In this document: in pieces, positions 28,449 through 38,519 of the stretch
Layout: each line of letters opens with the position of its first letter
Position numbering within the stretch: position 1 is the stretch's first letter
From: Enterobacteria phage vB_EcoM_IME281
Sequence record: MH051913
Direction: 5' to 3' (one strand)
Length of the DNA stretch: 64,000 nt
Position numbers and translations under genes: made by a program
The notes under the pieces: generated by a model
What the model saw: only the letters and a program-made list of their open reading frames with translations
Database searches by the model: none
What the model was told of the DNA's origin: nothing

Positions 28449-29294
28449 ATGTCACAGGCAATTAATCAAATTCGTTCTGAAGTTAAAAAAGTTGTTAAAT
28501 TTGGTCGTATTCCTAGTTCTAAAGAAGTGGTTGAAAAGGTCCTATATATGATGTGGGACAAGTTCAATGTTTGTACTGTTAAAGATGACTTCACTAAAAT
28601 CTTTGACAAGACTAAAGGTTCGTTTACGTTAGAAGACCGAGTCATGAAAACCCTTCGTAAAACGGGTATGTTGTCTCGTGCTAATGCCAAAATTATTCTT
28701 AAAAATTATAACAAAGGCTACGACCTCTATGGTCGTTTAATCCCGGCGATGTCATTTGATGAAGTTGTTCAAGACCTTCATGCCAACCAACGACGTCTAC
28801 TGGCGCTTGGCGCTCGACTTGCAAAAGGTCAAGATAAGCAAATGCCATTTAAGACTAATGGTTCGGGTGATTGGATTATCTTTAATATTGTTAACCACCC
28901 TGGAAATGAAAATGAGTACACCATTTCAACTTTTAGTGGTTGCCAATATGACAACTGGAAGTTCCATCTGCGCTTGGCCCTATCTGAATTAGAACAACAC
29001 AGTGTTCTTAGTTTTGGTGATGCTGAAACTGGAGTAGGTCAACGTATTAAACTTTATAAAATTAAAGACCTGGCTGAAGAGCATTCAGAACAAGCTCCTA
29101 AAATGGAACCTGTACCAGTGCGAAGCAATGAGAAACATCAAGCCCAGATTGAGTATTTTAGCAATTTGCTTACTTGCTTGAATGTTACAATCCAACAACA
29201 AGATGATGAGATTTTCCGACTCTCTGGTCTGAATGCCAAAGCTAAGGCTGAACGCCAGAAATATATCGATATCCTAAATCTTCTTAAGGATTAA
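28449..29294 (+). CDS. hypothetical protein (281 aa)
   Basis: GAGGAAA RBS. Confidence 0.5.
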   Translation: MSQAINQIRSEVKKVVKFGRIPSSKEVVEKVLYMMWDKFNVCTVKDDFTKIFDKTKGSFTLEDRVMKTLRKTGMLSRANAKIILKNYNKGYDLYGRLIPAMSFDEVVQDLHANQRRLLALGARLAKGQDKQMPFKTNGSGDWIIFNIVNHPGNENEYTISTFSGCQYDNWKFHLRLALSELEQHSVLSFGDAETGVGQRIKLYKIKDLAEEHSEQAPKMEPVPVRSNEKHQAQIEYFSNLLTCLNVTIQQQDDEIFRLSGLNAKAKAERQKYIDILNLLKD

Positions 29295-29378
29295 TTATGG
29301 AATGGCTCGCTGTTCTTGGATATGTAATCGTAGCCACGGGTGTTCTGAGGCTAATTTTCTCAAACATTGTAGGTTAAT

Positions 29379-29594
29379 ATGGAAATCTTAGGTTTTATTC
29401 TCCTTTACTTTGTGCTAGGATTTATGACGACCTTTATCATTCATAAATCAGGTGATTGGAATCCAATCGAAATTGAATCAAGCTATGATGCAGTATTCAT
29501 TACACTAGTATGGCCCCTACTTTGGGTTGTTTTGGTCATTATGATGGTGTTTTGGCCTATTGCTAAATTCTATGAAAAATTATTTGGACTTTAA
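29379..29594 (+). CDS. small membrane protein (71 aa)
   Basis: Two hydrophobic helices. Confidence 0.45.
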   Translation: MEILGFILLYFVLGFMTTFIIHKSGDWNPIEIESSYDAVFITLVWPLLWVVLVIMMVFWPIAKFYEKLFGL

Positions 29595-29595
29595 T

Positions 29596-30477
29596 ATGAA
29601 CATTAAAACACGTAAAGAATACTCTATATACGACCATGACACTACTCGTCGTATCGCTATTGACCGGTTAGCAGACTTTGGTTATATTTGTAATGGTAAT
29701 TATACTTATGGCGTAGGACGTAAAGGAACTTATATCGGTTCTTTGAACGATTATTGCCGTTGCCCAGCCCACCTGTTTGGTGCAACATTGCGGGCTAATA
29801 TCAAAGACCTCTTGGCTACCGCAGGACGTATTTCTACGGTTCCTGTTAATATCAAAAGTATTAATTTTACGGCTCGTAACCTAGTCATTAATATTCTGCC
29901 TGATGGTATTCAAGTTCGTTTCCGTCCCACCTCAAAAGGCAATAAAGCCCTTCGTGAAGCATTCGAAACCTTATTCAGGGAAGCAATGACTCGTATTAAG
30001 GCAGTAGAATCATATAAAGTTACAACCGATGAATATGCCGATTGTTCTGGGCGAGCAGATGCAGTTTATTTTAATGTTAAACTAGCTCGCGAATATCTTT
30101 TATCTTATGCCCCTTATCAACCCCAACAAAAGGACCCACAAATGGAACGTCGTATATCTATCGCTACCTCTACAGTATCATGTGACAGTGTAGGCCAGTA
30201 TGCAGCCTATGACAAATTCAAAACCACTGCTGTGCCTAGTCCATTCAATTCCGAACCATATCATTGGAAAATTAAACCTGATAATTCTTTGGTTGTTACT
30301 AACCCTACGATGAAACCTATTGAGACCTATTATGCAGATAGCATTCAGGAATCAATCCACCGTTTAAATGGTCAGATTGAAGATGAGAAAAAGAGCATTC
30401 AAGACGTATTGACCCGCATCAAGAATATGGAAAACCAGCGTGACAAGCTCAGCGCGGCACTATTAGCTCTAAAATAG
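29596..30477 (+). CDS. hypothetical protein (293 aa)
   Basis: M13 of track ORF 29560; C-terminal coiled coil. Confidence 0.5.
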   Translation: MNIKTRKEYSIYDHDTTRRIAIDRLADFGYICNGNYTYGVGRKGTYIGSLNDYCRCPAHLFGATLRANIKDLLATAGRISTVPVNIKSINFTARNLVINILPDGIQVRFRPTSKGNKALREAFETLFREAMTRIKAVESYKVTTDEYADCSGRADAVYFNVKLAREYLLSYAPYQPQQKDPQMERRISIATSTVSCDSVGQYAAYDKFKTTAVPSPFNSEPYHWKIKPDNSLVVTNPTMKPIETYYADSIQESIHRLNGQIEDEKKSIQDVLTRIKNMENQRDKLSAALLALK

Positions 30478-30478
30478 T

Positions 30479-30508
30479 GTTTACATCCAAGGACGGATGG
30501 AGTATAAT
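30479..30508 (+). promoter_or_regulatory. early promoter
   Basis: GTTTAC, 18 nt, TATAAT. Confidence 0.55.
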
Positions 30509-30536
30509 CCTTTTATCAACTACTGAGGAGAATATC

Positions 30537-31547
30537 ATGACCCGTACTGAATACATCAATGCCTTTACTAAGTATATCACTGACAATACCCCTCCATTAA
30601 CACCGTATGAGGTGATAGTTTCTAATATCAATAAATGGGTAGACCAAATTGATAAAGCATTATCCAATTGTTTCAAAGATGAAATCGAAAAGATTGCAGG
30701 CCGTTTGTTTATTTCTGATATCGTAGATACATTTAAAGGTTCTCGACTGCTTTCACGGTTGGTCAATAAGGATATCCTTTCAGAGTTTGGCAAAGAGAAA
30801 CACCCAGGTTCCAGCCACGTTGTTAGCTACCAATGGTTTGGTGATGTTTTAAAAAGCTATATCAAAATGAAAGGTACCGACCCTAAGGGCTTATTTCCTT
30901 TACGTTGGGCCGGTGAATTTAAGGCTAACTCCGCATTAATTCTAAAAGCAGCAACCAAAACCTTTGTAAAGGGTGATTGTCGTACTATCCACCCTATGGC
31001 TGATGGCATGATTAAAACAAACAACTATAAAGGGAAGGTGCTTATTTCTATTATTTGGTCGCCTAGTTGGAAACCTAAAGAAGTTGAAGTTTCGAAATAC
31101 CAAGATATTTCCTACAATACCCTGAATATTGTAGAACAAGCTTTAGCTTTGATGGATACAGTAGAGAAATATGAGATTCAAGAAATCAACCACCACTTAG
31201 GCTGGAAAGGATATGAAGTTTTAGTAACAGTTCGCGAAATCAAATGCCCTGTTCCAAAAACCGACGCTGAAATTTACCAAGAAAAATGTGAGGAAATTGT
31301 GAACACTGATAAAGAGCCTGCAACCTTAGAAGACTTGATTGATGAGCTGAATGGCCCAAGGCTACTGGCCTGTGCACCAATTACTAAATCCAAGCCGCCA
31401 GAAGTAGTTGCTCTGGAAAAAGCATATAAAGATGCCCTTGCTATCAACAAAAAACTGACCGGACAATATACTGCTGCCAAGAAACTTTGGGAAGAGTCTA
31501 CCAATCGTCTGGATAAACTGGAACAAGCCCTGGAGCTGTTGAAATGA
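30537..31547 (+). CDS. hypothetical protein (336 aa)
   Basis: M21 of track ORF (GTG 30477); GAGGAG RBS; C-terminal coiled coil. Confidence 0.5.
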   Translation: MTRTEYINAFTKYITDNTPPLTPYEVIVSNINKWVDQIDKALSNCFKDEIEKIAGRLFISDIVDTFKGSRLLSRLVNKDILSEFGKEKHPGSSHVVSYQWFGDVLKSYIKMKGTDPKGLFPLRWAGEFKANSALILKAATKTFVKGDCRTIHPMADGMIKTNNYKGKVLISIIWSPSWKPKEVEVSKYQDISYNTLNIVEQALALMDTVEKYEIQEINHHLGWKGYEVLVTVREIKCPVPKTDAEIYQEKCEEIVNTDKEPATLEDLIDELNGPRLLACAPITKSKPPEVVALEKAYKDALAINKKLTGQYTAAKKLWEESTNRLDKLEQALELLK

Positions 31548-31765
31548 AATACCAATTAGCTGACGATATTGACCAAACTATTCCTGATTGGAATGCTGTT
31601 ATTAAAATTGTCGAACGTCGTGAAAAAGCTTCTAAGAATGTTCCAAACTGTCCTATGTGTGGAACTGAACAGGTCCAGTTGGTTCAATGGCGCCATAATC
31701 CGCTTCAGTATAAATGCCGCCATTGTAAACACCGATTTGAGCGAGACGAAAATGGCAAAGCGTAA
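31544..31765 (+). CDS. zinc-ribbon small protein (73 aa)
   Basis: CPMCG..x15..CRHCKH two CxxC pairs. Confidence 0.45.
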   Translation: MKYQLADDIDQTIPDWNAVIKIVERREKASKNVPNCPMCGTEQVQLVQWRHNPLQYKCRHCKHRFERDENGKA

Positions 31766-31988
31766 AGAATATGTAGAGGCCGCCGATAAGGCGGTTCGTG
31801 AACTTACTCTGGCTTATTATAAAGAGCATGGTAAATTCCCGGACAGTTATTCAGTATTGAAATCTGCTTTAACTCGTTCATATAATAATATGCGTTCAGA
31901 AGTTTATGATATTATGGACAAACATAAAGAACAAACCGGTCAATACCCGGATTATACTGAGACCTTCAAACAAGTATTAGGAATTTAA
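31752..31988 (+). CDS. hypothetical protein (78 aa)
   Basis: M62 of track ORF 31569; start uncertain. Confidence 0.35.
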   Translation: MAKRKEYVEAADKAVRELTLAYYKEHGKFPDSYSVLKSALTRSYNNMRSEVYDIMDKHKEQTGQYPDYTETFKQVLGI

Positions 31989-31989
31989 A

Positions 31990-32253
31990 ATGTTTAAAAT
32001 TTATGGTTATGATTCAAATATTCATCGTTGTGTTTTCTGTGATAATGCTAAACGTTTTTTGGATGTTAAGAAACAACCTTACGAATTCATCAACGTTATG
32101 CCAGAAAAAGGTGTGTTTGATGATGAGAAGATTGCTCAACTCCTGGCTGCACTTGGTCGCGAATCTCAAATCGGTTTGACTATGCCGCAAGTATTTGCCC
32201 CTGACGGAACTTCTATTGGTGGCTTCGACCAACTGCGAGAATATTTCAAATGA
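31990..32253 (+). CDS. nrdC: glutaredoxin/thioredoxin NrdC
   Basis: 87 aa; MFKIYGYDSNIHRCVFCDNAKR..LTMPQVFAPDG..GGFDQLREYFK close to recalled T4 NrdC; CVFC redox motif. Confidence 0.9.
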   Translation: MFKIYGYDSNIHRCVFCDNAKRFLDVKKQPYEFINVMPEKGVFDDEKIAQLLAALGRESQIGLTMPQVFAPDGTSIGGFDQLREYFK

Positions 32254-32411
32254 TTGAATTAATGTTGGGTATTTTGTATCTTATCATTGGCATTGGTTAT
32301 GCTAAGACCTTAGCTAAATTGGATGATTCCGGTGATTTTTGTGGGTGGTTGACGTCTATGATTTGTTGGCCTTTATTTCTGGTTGGTGCTTCATTCTGGA
32401 ACTTCAAATGA
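32250..32411 (+). CDS. small membrane protein (53 aa)
   Basis: Not in ORF track; ATGA overlaps at both ends; hydrophobic. Confidence 0.4.
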   Translation: MIELMLGILYLIIGIGYAKTLAKLDDSGDFCGWLTSMICWPLFLVGASFWNFK

Positions 32412-32584
32412 CCGAATTTGATACAGCTTATGAAACCTGCGCAGGAGAGTTTGATACTCCTGCCCCTAGTAAAGAAACCGTATTGGCAAATCTCCCGGTT
32501 TGGTTAAAAGAAGAAGCCAACGAATGGGGCTGGACTGATACCTGTGTACGTGACCAACTATTTGAATTTATGGCGGAGTTATGA
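32408..32584 (+). CDS. hypothetical acidic protein (58 aa)
   Basis: M24 of track ORF 32339; ATGA coupling. Confidence 0.4.
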   Translation: MTEFDTAYETCAGEFDTPAPSKETVLANLPVWLKEEANEWGWTDTCVRDQLFEFMAEL

Positions 32585-32889
32585 TTGAATTAAATGAACA
32601 GACTATTTTTCTAGGTGATGGTACTGAAGATGACCTGGAATATAAACTATACGAGTATATGGTTTGGTTGGCTAAAGCAGAAGGTATTGACTTTGTTGTG
32701 GCTAATCCATATGGCGAGAACACCGTTGTAATCGGTGGCACTGCTTATGAAGTCCAATGGCAATACGTTGGGCTTGAATCTGAAGAATTTGAAGAAGATG
32801 AACATGGTGATTGGCATCCAATCGGTCCTTGGTATTGGGAAGACGGTGAACCCGATTTTGAAGTATCAAGTTGGTGGCGTGACCATTAA
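32581..32889 (+). CDS. hypothetical acidic Trp-rich protein (102 aa)
   Basis: ORF track. Confidence 0.45.
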   Translation: MIELNEQTIFLGDGTEDDLEYKLYEYMVWLAKAEGIDFVVANPYGENTVVIGGTAYEVQWQYVGLESEEFEEDEHGDWHPIGPWYWEDGEPDFEVSSWWRDH

Positions 32890-33005
32890 GCCCTGGTATA
32901 CCGCTCGATGGGAAACCGTCGAGCCAGAGGAACCGGTTTACAACGATTCCGAAATAGATTATAATGAACCTTCAAACAATGATTTAATCGATATGGAGTT
33001 TGGAT

Positions 33006-33179
33006 ATGAGTACCAAAATTGAAGTTGGCCGTCATAAAGGCCGTCTGATTGAACATTCACTTTACGAATTGTCGGATTCCCGTAAGTTACCTGATGAAGA
33101 ATCTGCTTTAATTTTTGCTGCAGCCGATTATATTCATTGGCTTGAAGCTCAACTTCGCTTTTCCGATGAGGCCTTCTGA
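33006..33179 (+). CDS. hypothetical protein (57 aa)
   Basis: Not in ORF track; stop overlaps ATG of next gene. Confidence 0.35.
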   Translation: MSTKIEVGRHKGRLIEHSLYELSDSRKLPDEESALIFAAADYIHWLEAQLRFSDEAF

Positions 33180-33481
33180 TGAATTTATTTGAATTTGAAG
33201 GTAAAACTGTTCGTATTACTGAAGAAGATGTCGACCATTATGTTGACTGGCCTGAATTAAACGGCAATCGCGGTTTTGAGTCAGGCGAGCTCTGTGAAGG
33301 TGCTGAAGTTAAAATCTTGAAGGTGGAGATTTCTCCATGGGGCAATCCTGAAATCATTGGCGTAACTGCTATCGAATTCAATGGTAAGGTATACGAATAC
33401 ACTAAAGAAATGTTTGAAGATACTAAAGCTTCATTCTGGTGTTTTTGGACTAACGATGATAATGAATTTGAGGTCGCATGA
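33179..33481 (+). CDS. hypothetical protein (100 aa)
   Basis: ORF track. Confidence 0.45.
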   Translation: MNLFEFEGKTVRITEEDVDHYVDWPELNGNRGFESGELCEGAEVKILKVEISPWGNPEIIGVTAIEFNGKVYEYTKEMFEDTKASFWCFWTNDDNEFEVA

Positions 33482-33663
33482 AAACTGCATTAGTCTATAC
33501 CGAAAAGTTAAATGGTGACAAAGTCTGGAAACTTCTTATTAAAGGAAGTCCTACCGACCAGTTTATGGCCACCTGTATTGGATTGTATACTCGTCCTACT
33601 AAAAAGATGATTCGTCAATTTAAACGGTTACATCGCTCGTTTTATAGTACATTCGAAAAATAA
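33478..33663 (+). CDS. hypothetical basic protein (61 aa)
   Basis: ORF track. Confidence 0.4.
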   Translation: MKTALVYTEKLNGDKVWKLLIKGSPTDQFMATCIGLYTRPTKKMIRQFKRLHRSFYSTFEK

Positions 33664-33698
33664 TAAATACCCTTATCTAATACAGGTAAGGGTTTATT

Positions 33699-34172
33699 AT
33701 GTTGTTGACTGGTAAATTATACAAAGAAGAAAAACAAAAACTTTATGATGCACAGGATGGTAAGTGTTTAATCTGTACCCGTGAATTAAACCCTGATGTT
33801 CAAAGCAACCACCTTGACCATGACCACGAATTAAACGGGCCAAAAGCTGGTAAGGTTCGTGGGTTACTATGCAACCTGTGTAATGCCGCAGAAGGACAAA
33901 TGAAGCATAAGTTTAACCGCTCCGGTCTTAAAGGTCAAAACGTTGACTACCTCGAATGGTTAGAGAATTTGCTTGTCTATCTGAAATCTGATTATACTGA
34001 AAACAATATCCATCCTAATTTCGTTCCTGATAAAACCAAAGAGTTCAGTAGATTAGGTAAGGAAGAAATGATTGCTGAAATGCTTTCACACGGAATGACT
34101 TATAATGAATCTGACACAAAGAAACAAATGGTCGATTCATTTAAAAAACAACTGAGGAAATCGCTTAAATGA
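33699..34172 (+). CDS. 49: endonuclease VII (Holliday junction resolvase)
   Basis: 157 aa; MLLTGKLYKEEKQK..CLIC..HLDHDHELNGPKAGKVRGLLCNLCNAAEG near-identical to recalled T4 gp49. Confidence 0.9.
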   Translation: MLLTGKLYKEEKQKLYDAQDGKCLICTRELNPDVQSNHLDHDHELNGPKAGKVRGLLCNLCNAAEGQMKHKFNRSGLKGQNVDYLEWLENLLVYLKSDYTENNIHPNFVPDKTKEFSRLGKEEMIAEMLSHGMTYNESDTKKQMVDSFKKQLRKSLK

Positions 34173-34282
34173 TTAATTTTTATGCCTTAACCGAATCTAT
34201 GAACGATATTATCCGGCGCATGGGTGTTGAGTATCCTGCTCAATGGTTATTTGTTGTAACTAATACATGGACTATCGTATGA
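34169..34282 (+). CDS. hypothetical micro-protein (37 aa)
   Basis: Not in ORF track; GAGGA RBS; ATGA overlaps at both ends. Confidence 0.3.
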   Translation: MINFYALTESMNDIIRRMGVEYPAQWLFVVTNTWTIV

Positions 34283-34494
34283 ATAAATTTCGTAATGCTG
34301 CTTCTGATATCCTGGCCAATATTACATTTGTCCTGTTTATTGTGTGCCTTTTAATCCTGGTTATCCCATTTGGATTGCTGTTCGTTATTATTGGTGCATT
34401 GAGTACTGAAAAGGGTCTTGAAGAGTCTGAGTTCGACAAACGAATCCAGGCTGTTCATAGTGTTATTTCTAAAATGATGAAGGTGAAAGAATGA
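34279..34494 (+). CDS. small membrane protein (71 aa)
   Basis: M5 of track ORF 34267; central hydrophobic helix. Confidence 0.45.
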   Translation: MNKFRNAASDILANITFVLFIVCLLILVIPFGLLFVIIGALSTEKGLEESEFDKRIQAVHSVISKMMKVKE

Positions 34495-34787
34495 AACGTT
34501 TTGAAGAGTATGTAGCTTTGAATTGGACCGCATGGGACAAGTTCGGTAATGACTGGTACTTCCATGACTGTGACCTGAACCCTGAATTCTTTAAAGGTAA
34601 GGAAGACGACCTTAAGGACATCTATGCTCTGTCAGAGATTCATGGTATTAAACCAACGGTTTATTTCTCTTTTGATGACACGGGTTTCCTTATCCAGATT
34701 TACGTCCCATACGGAACTAATGAAGACGAAGTTATCAAAACTTGGGACTACCAAGGAGTTATTTCCTGTGGACCAAAAGTTAACTAA
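34491..34787 (+). CDS. hypothetical protein (98 aa)
   Basis: ORF track. Confidence 0.45.
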   Translation: MKRFEEYVALNWTAWDKFGNDWYFHDCDLNPEFFKGKEDDLKDIYALSEIHGIKPTVYFSFDDTGFLIQIYVPYGTNEDEVIKTWDYQGVISCGPKVN

Positions 34788-35085
34788 AATTGAGATTTAC
34801 GGTATCCCTGAGACAGTCATGCGCTGTCCAGGGTGCATTGCAGTTCTATCGCTCCTAAATTCCCTTTCTATCCAATATACTTTCTATCCTGTGATTAACC
34901 AGACGCCGTCAGGCGCAGTATATGATAAGCCTCTTATAGTATCATTGGCCAAACGTGCCGGCTTCAAGAGCTTAGCTATACGCTATCCTGTAATCTTTGT
35001 TGATAATAAGAAAATAGAAAATATTCCTGCCTTCAAATCCCTTTTGATTGAGCTTGGCTATGACCGAGATTTAATTGAAGATTAG
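34768..35085 (+). CDS. glutaredoxin-like protein (about 105 aa; GTG start inferred)
   Basis: IEIYGIPETVMRCPGCIAV CxxC motif like NrdC/NrdH N-terminus; AAGGAG 9 nt upstream of GTG 34768; ATG 34720 alternative. Confidence 0.4.
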   Translation: MDQKLTKIEIYGIPETVMRCPGCIAVLSLLNSLSIQYTFYPVINQTPSGAVYDKPLIVSLAKRAGFKSLAIRYPVIFVDNKKIENIPAFKSLLIELGYDRDLIED

Positions 35086-35086
35086 T

Positions 35087-35115
35087 GTTTACTTCCTCTC
35101 CTCACGTGTTATAGT
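35087..35115 (+). promoter_or_regulatory. early promoter/stem-loop cassette
   Basis: GTTTAC, 17 nt, TATAGT; CCTCACGTGT/ACACATGAGG inverted repeat. Confidence 0.55.
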
Positions 35116-35144
35116 CTATCCTATCAACACATGAGGAGAACATT

Positions 35145-35321
35145 ATGACTATCCAAGATAAAGAAATTAAAGTCAACCAGTATTATTCAATCAACGGCAA
35201 AGCTGTTCTAGTAACTGAAATATCTAGCCTAGACGTGTGGTATACCATAATTGACCTTAATATTAAAATGATTTGTGACCGTGGTGTATTTTGTTCGATA
35301 GCTAAGGAAATTAAATTATGA
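35145..35321 (+). CDS. hypothetical protein (58 aa)
   Basis: Not in ORF track; GAGGAG RBS after promoter cassette 35087-35115. Confidence 0.4.
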   Translation: MTIQDKEIKVNQYYSINGKAVLVTEISSLDVWYTIIDLNIKMICDRGVFCSIAKEIKL

Positions 35322-35572
35322 GCCTGAAATTGCATTCAATGAAAAATGTCATCACCCTTAATCTGGATGATGAGCGCCTAATTTTTCTCACCGTCACTGA
35401 TAAGAATATTGAAATTGCAAATGGTCCTAAGACTTATTGCTGTCCTGTTAAGAATTGGAAGCATGTAACCTTTTTGACCCTGACCGACCGTCTGAAAGAC
35501 CTTAAGTTGGATTTGGATATCAAAGACATCCAGTACATTAAAAACCTTATTGGATACAAACTGTTGAGGTAA
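35318..35572 (+). CDS. hypothetical protein (84 aa)
   Basis: ORF track. Confidence 0.45.
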   Translation: MSLKLHSMKNVITLNLDDERLIFLTVTDKNIEIANGPKTYCCPVKNWKHVTFLTLTDRLKDLKLDLDIKDIQYIKNLIGYKLLR

Positions 35573-35574
35573 CT

Positions 35575-35868
35575 ATGGGTAAAACTATCCGTCGTAAAGA
35601 ATTGCCATCTAGAGATTTTAATTGCATTGCTAGACGTAAAGCACCTGATGGCGTATCGGAAGAAACTTTGAATGAAAATATCTTCCGGTCAGATAAATGG
35701 AAACGCTTTAGCGGCGTTGATTCTGAAGTTAAGAATGAAATGAACCGCCAACTTCGTAAAGAAGTGAGAAAACTGAAAAAAGATGTTTACAGCGACGATG
35801 AACCTGATTACAATACTTCTCATCGAGTTGCAAAACGTAAATCAAACGAATGCTATCGTTACAGCTGA
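35575..35868 (+). CDS. hypothetical basic protein (97 aa)
   Basis: ORF track. Confidence 0.45.
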   Translation: MGKTIRRKELPSRDFNCIARRKAPDGVSEETLNENIFRSDKWKRFSGVDSEVKNEMNRQLRKEVRKLKKDVYSDDEPDYNTSHRVAKRKSNECYRYS

Positions 35869-35875
35869 GGAAAAT

Positions 35876-36007
35876 ATGAATATCAAACGTATGCTTTTTA
35901 AACAAGGATTATACACTTTAAATGTTACTCCAAAAGGCGATACGACTAAGTGGTCAGTAAATGACTGGATTAAATTTATTGATGAAAATGGCAACTGGAA
36001 AATTTAA
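35876..36007 (+). CDS. hypothetical micro-protein (43 aa)
   Basis: M32 of track ORF 35783; GAGGAAAA RBS. Confidence 0.35.
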   Translation: MNIKRMLFKQGLYTLNVTPKGDTTKWSVNDWIKFIDENGNWKI

Positions 36008-36208
36008 ATGAATCCTGAATCTAAATTATCACAACGAATTGCTGAAGCCCGTCGTCAGTTCTTTGAAAATATGATAGCTCAAGGTATTGATGACGAAGTT
36101 TTTCTAAACTGGTTTTGGAATAACAAATATTCAAAATGCGCAGGAGCAATATTAATATCAGCCGCAATGATGTATGAAGGTTGGAAAGGTGCATTAGCAC
36201 AAAAATAG
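36008..36208 (+). CDS. hypothetical protein (66 aa)
   Basis: ORF track. Confidence 0.4.
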   Translation: MNPESKLSQRIAEARRQFFENMIAQGIDDEVFLNWFWNNKYSKCAGAILISAAMMYEGWKGALAQK

Positions 36209-36237
36209 TTTACAAACTCTTGGGACCAGAGTATAAT
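36208..36237 (+). promoter_or_regulatory. early promoter with hairpin
   Basis: GTTTAC, 18 nt, TATAAT; GGACCA/TGGTCC inverted repeat. Confidence 0.55.
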
Positions 36238-36277
36238 GGTCCTATGGATTATAAATTTTTAAACTGAGGAAATTATT

Positions 36278-36607
36278 ATGTCACAAGCTATTAAAAACGT
36301 ACTGAACTCTTTCGCTTTCGATAAAGTTAATGAACTGATGAAAACTGGCTTTGTAACTCCTCAGGTTCTTGACCAATGGGTTGCTGAACTGTTACCAATC
36401 ATGCACTCTAAAGACCAAAAAATTGGTAAGAACGGTATTCGTGAAATCCTGGTTCAATATATTCTCGACGAGTTTGATGTGGCCGCCTTTGGTGTCGAAT
36501 CTAAAGCTTGGCAGCCAGGTGAAATCACAGACAAAACCATCCGTCGTATGAAGAATCAACGTAAGAAAAAATTCGTTGACCTGAAAATTGTTAAGGCAGC
36601 TAAATGA
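36278..36607 (+). CDS. hypothetical protein (109 aa)
   Basis: GAGGAAA RBS; cassette promoter 36208-36237. Confidence 0.5.
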   Translation: MSQAIKNVLNSFAFDKVNELMKTGFVTPQVLDQWVAELLPIMHSKDQKIGKNGIREILVQYILDEFDVAAFGVESKAWQPGEITDKTIRRMKNQRKKKFVDLKIVKAAK

Positions 36608-36852
36608 GTAATTTGCCTGAAGATGTATCGGTTATAATAGTCCTTAAAGCTTTAGCCGGTTTCCAACGTACCCCTATGATGAATAATAGTGAAACCATTA
36701 TAAAAGCGGCTAATATGCTAAGTGGAAGTCATCGCGATTTCAGGATATTTCCTATAAGCTCTAAGACCACTTATATGAAAATGCCCGATCCTAAAATAGC
36801 TTGGGATGAAGGCATGACATTAAATGAATTTGAGGATTATTTAAATGATTAA
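36604..36852 (+). CDS. hypothetical protein (82 aa)
   Basis: ORF track; ATGA coupling. Confidence 0.45.
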   Translation: MSNLPEDVSVIIVLKALAGFQRTPMMNNSETIIKAANMLSGSHRDFRIFPISSKTTYMKMPDPKIAWDEGMTLNEFEDYLND

Positions 36853-37111
36853 AATAAAACTCTCTAATTACGATAAAAACTTGGAAATGATTGCTATGAA
36901 AGAAGAACTCCTGAATGATGTCCGCTTTACAGGTTATGCAGTCCAATTTAATGGTGATGGGGCTCTCCAGATTGAAGGTGGCCACTTTATTATCGAATAT
37001 GAATTTAAACGGTACTGGCTATACGCTAAAGATGAAGTTGGCGGTATTGATTACGTCGATGAGTTTGATAATCTTGATGATGCATTAGAAGGAGCTCGAT
37101 TCCTACAATGA
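36845..37111 (+). CDS. hypothetical protein (88 aa)
   Basis: ORF track. Confidence 0.45.
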   Translation: MIKIKLSNYDKNLEMIAMKEELLNDVRFTGYAVQFNGDGALQIEGGHFIIEYEFKRYWLYAKDEVGGIDYVDEFDNLDDALEGARFLQ

Positions 37112-37371
37112 AACCCATATCCACCACCCTCGCTTATGAAGGTCTCGGATTTTTCTTAATAGATAACTGTATGGATGTTGAGTTTGTTTGTGGTGAGACT
37201 TCTTTAGTATGGAAGTCTCATATTTCCAAATACAACCATCGGGATTATCCGGAACTTTTTAAAGAATTTTGCGGATATATGTCCGAACATGGATGTACTG
37301 ATACAATTTCTTATCCCGAGTTCATACAAATCCTTGAAACAGTATTTAAGGCTTATTGCTTACTCCGTTGA
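37108..37371 (+). CDS. hypothetical protein (87 aa)
   Basis: ORF track. Confidence 0.45.
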   Translation: MKPISTTLAYEGLGFFLIDNCMDVEFVCGETSLVWKSHISKYNHRDYPELFKEFCGYMSEHGCTDTISYPEFIQILETVFKAYCLLR

Positions 37372-37398
37372 TGCTTTAAACGGGTCTCCAAATACTAT
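37372..37398 (+). promoter_or_regulatory. candidate MotA-dependent middle promoter for gene 55
   Basis: MotA-box-like TGCTTTA, 14-nt gap, TACTAT (TATAAT also at 37401-37406). Confidence 0.4.
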
Positions 37399-37437
37399 GA
37401 TATAATAGACCTATGATTTGAGTTATCTGAGGTAACA

Positions 37438-37995
37438 ATGACCGAAATTAAACTGACTAAAAATAACTATGTAAATAATAAGGAGCTTCTGAAAGCCATT
37501 ACCCAGTGGAAAACAGAACTCCGAGAAAATACCGACCCTAATAAAATAGTTCGTCAGAACGACGTTATCGGCTTGGCTATTATGCTCATTGCTGAAGGCC
37601 TTTCTAAGCGTTTCAACTTCTCCGGATATACCCAATCTTGGAAGCAAGAAATGATTGCTGATGGAATCGAAGCCTCTATTAAAGGTCTTCATAACTTCGA
37701 CGAAACAAAATACGACAACCCACATGCATATATCACTATGGCTTGTTTTAATGCCTTTGTTCAGCGTATCAAGAAAGAACGTAAAGAAATGGCAAAGAAA
37801 TACAGCTACTTCGTCCATAACGTTTATGACGCCAATGACGACGACATGGTAGGTATCGCAGATGAAACTTTTATCCAGGATATTTACGACAAAATGACTC
37901 AGTATGAAACCTCTTTAGTTAAAGCGCTAGGGTCTGATAAGAGCGCCGAATCTAAAGTTGGTGAGCTGGATTTTTTATATGGAACTCAAGATTAA
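37438..37995 (+). CDS. 55: late transcription sigma factor gp55
   Basis: 185 aa; [62 protein letters not shown] matches recalled T4 gp55. Confidence 0.9.
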   Translation: MTEIKLTKNNYVNNKELLKAITQWKTELRENTDPNKIVRQNDVIGLAIMLIAEGLSKRFNFSGYTQSWKQEMIADGIEASIKGLHNFDETKYDNPHAYITMACFNAFVQRIKKERKEMAKKYSYFVHNVYDANDDDMVGIADETFIQDIYDKMTQYETSLVKALGSDKSAESKVGELDFLYGTQD

Positions 37996-38206
37996 CCTGG
38001 TAGGCCTTTTAGAAGAAGTAGATGGAGAGTATTCGGCAATTCCTTATGTTCTTAAAATGTATCTTAAGGATATTGCCAAGCTTCCTATTGTAATAGACCC
38101 AAAACACCCTGATTCGGTAGAAATTAAAGCTGAAAAAGGAACATTAACTTATAACTATCACGTTACCGACGAAGATTTTTATATAAAACTGAATTACAAG
38201 GATTAA
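37979..38206 (+). CDS. hypothetical protein (75 aa)
   Basis: M8 of track ORF 37958; weak RBS. Confidence 0.35.
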   Translation: MELKINLVGLLEEVDGEYSAIPYVLKMYLKDIAKLPIVIDPKHPDSVEIKAEKGTLTYNYHVTDEDFYIKLNYKD

Positions 38207-38207
38207 T

Positions 38208-38519
38208 ATGCAAAGCACCGACATTTCTCAATTGACCGAAGAGCAAATTGAAGAAGCCCAGAAGCGTTTAGAAGAGAATAATGCTAAAGAAGCCGCTTCT
38301 CAAGCTGCCAAAATTCTTAAAAAGAATGCCCGTGAAATTAAGCGTCTTAATACACACGCACAGGGCGCTGTTCTCGAAAACAATTTCGAAGCTTACAAAT
38401 ATGCTATAATTAAATTACGTGGTATTTACCGTCAACCAACTACTGACGAAATCGTTAGAGTTATGTGGGAAACTACGCGTAAACAGATTTGGGAAATTAT
38501 CAATGGCGCTAGTAAATAA
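38208..38519 (+). CDS. hypothetical protein (103 aa)
   Basis: ORF track. Confidence 0.45.
   Translation: MQSTDISQLTEEQIEEAQKRLEENNAKEAASQAAKILKKNAREIKRLNTHAQGAVLENNFEAYKYAIIKLRGIYRQPTTDEIVRVMWETTRKQIWEIINGASK

Noticed and set aside
32735-33022. 95-aa ORF overlapping the 3' end of 32581-32889
   Set aside because: Overlaps the upstream gene by 155 nt in another frame and is itself overlapped by the better-supported 33006-33179 ORF; only a short GTG-initiated C-terminal piece (about 32879-33022) could be real.
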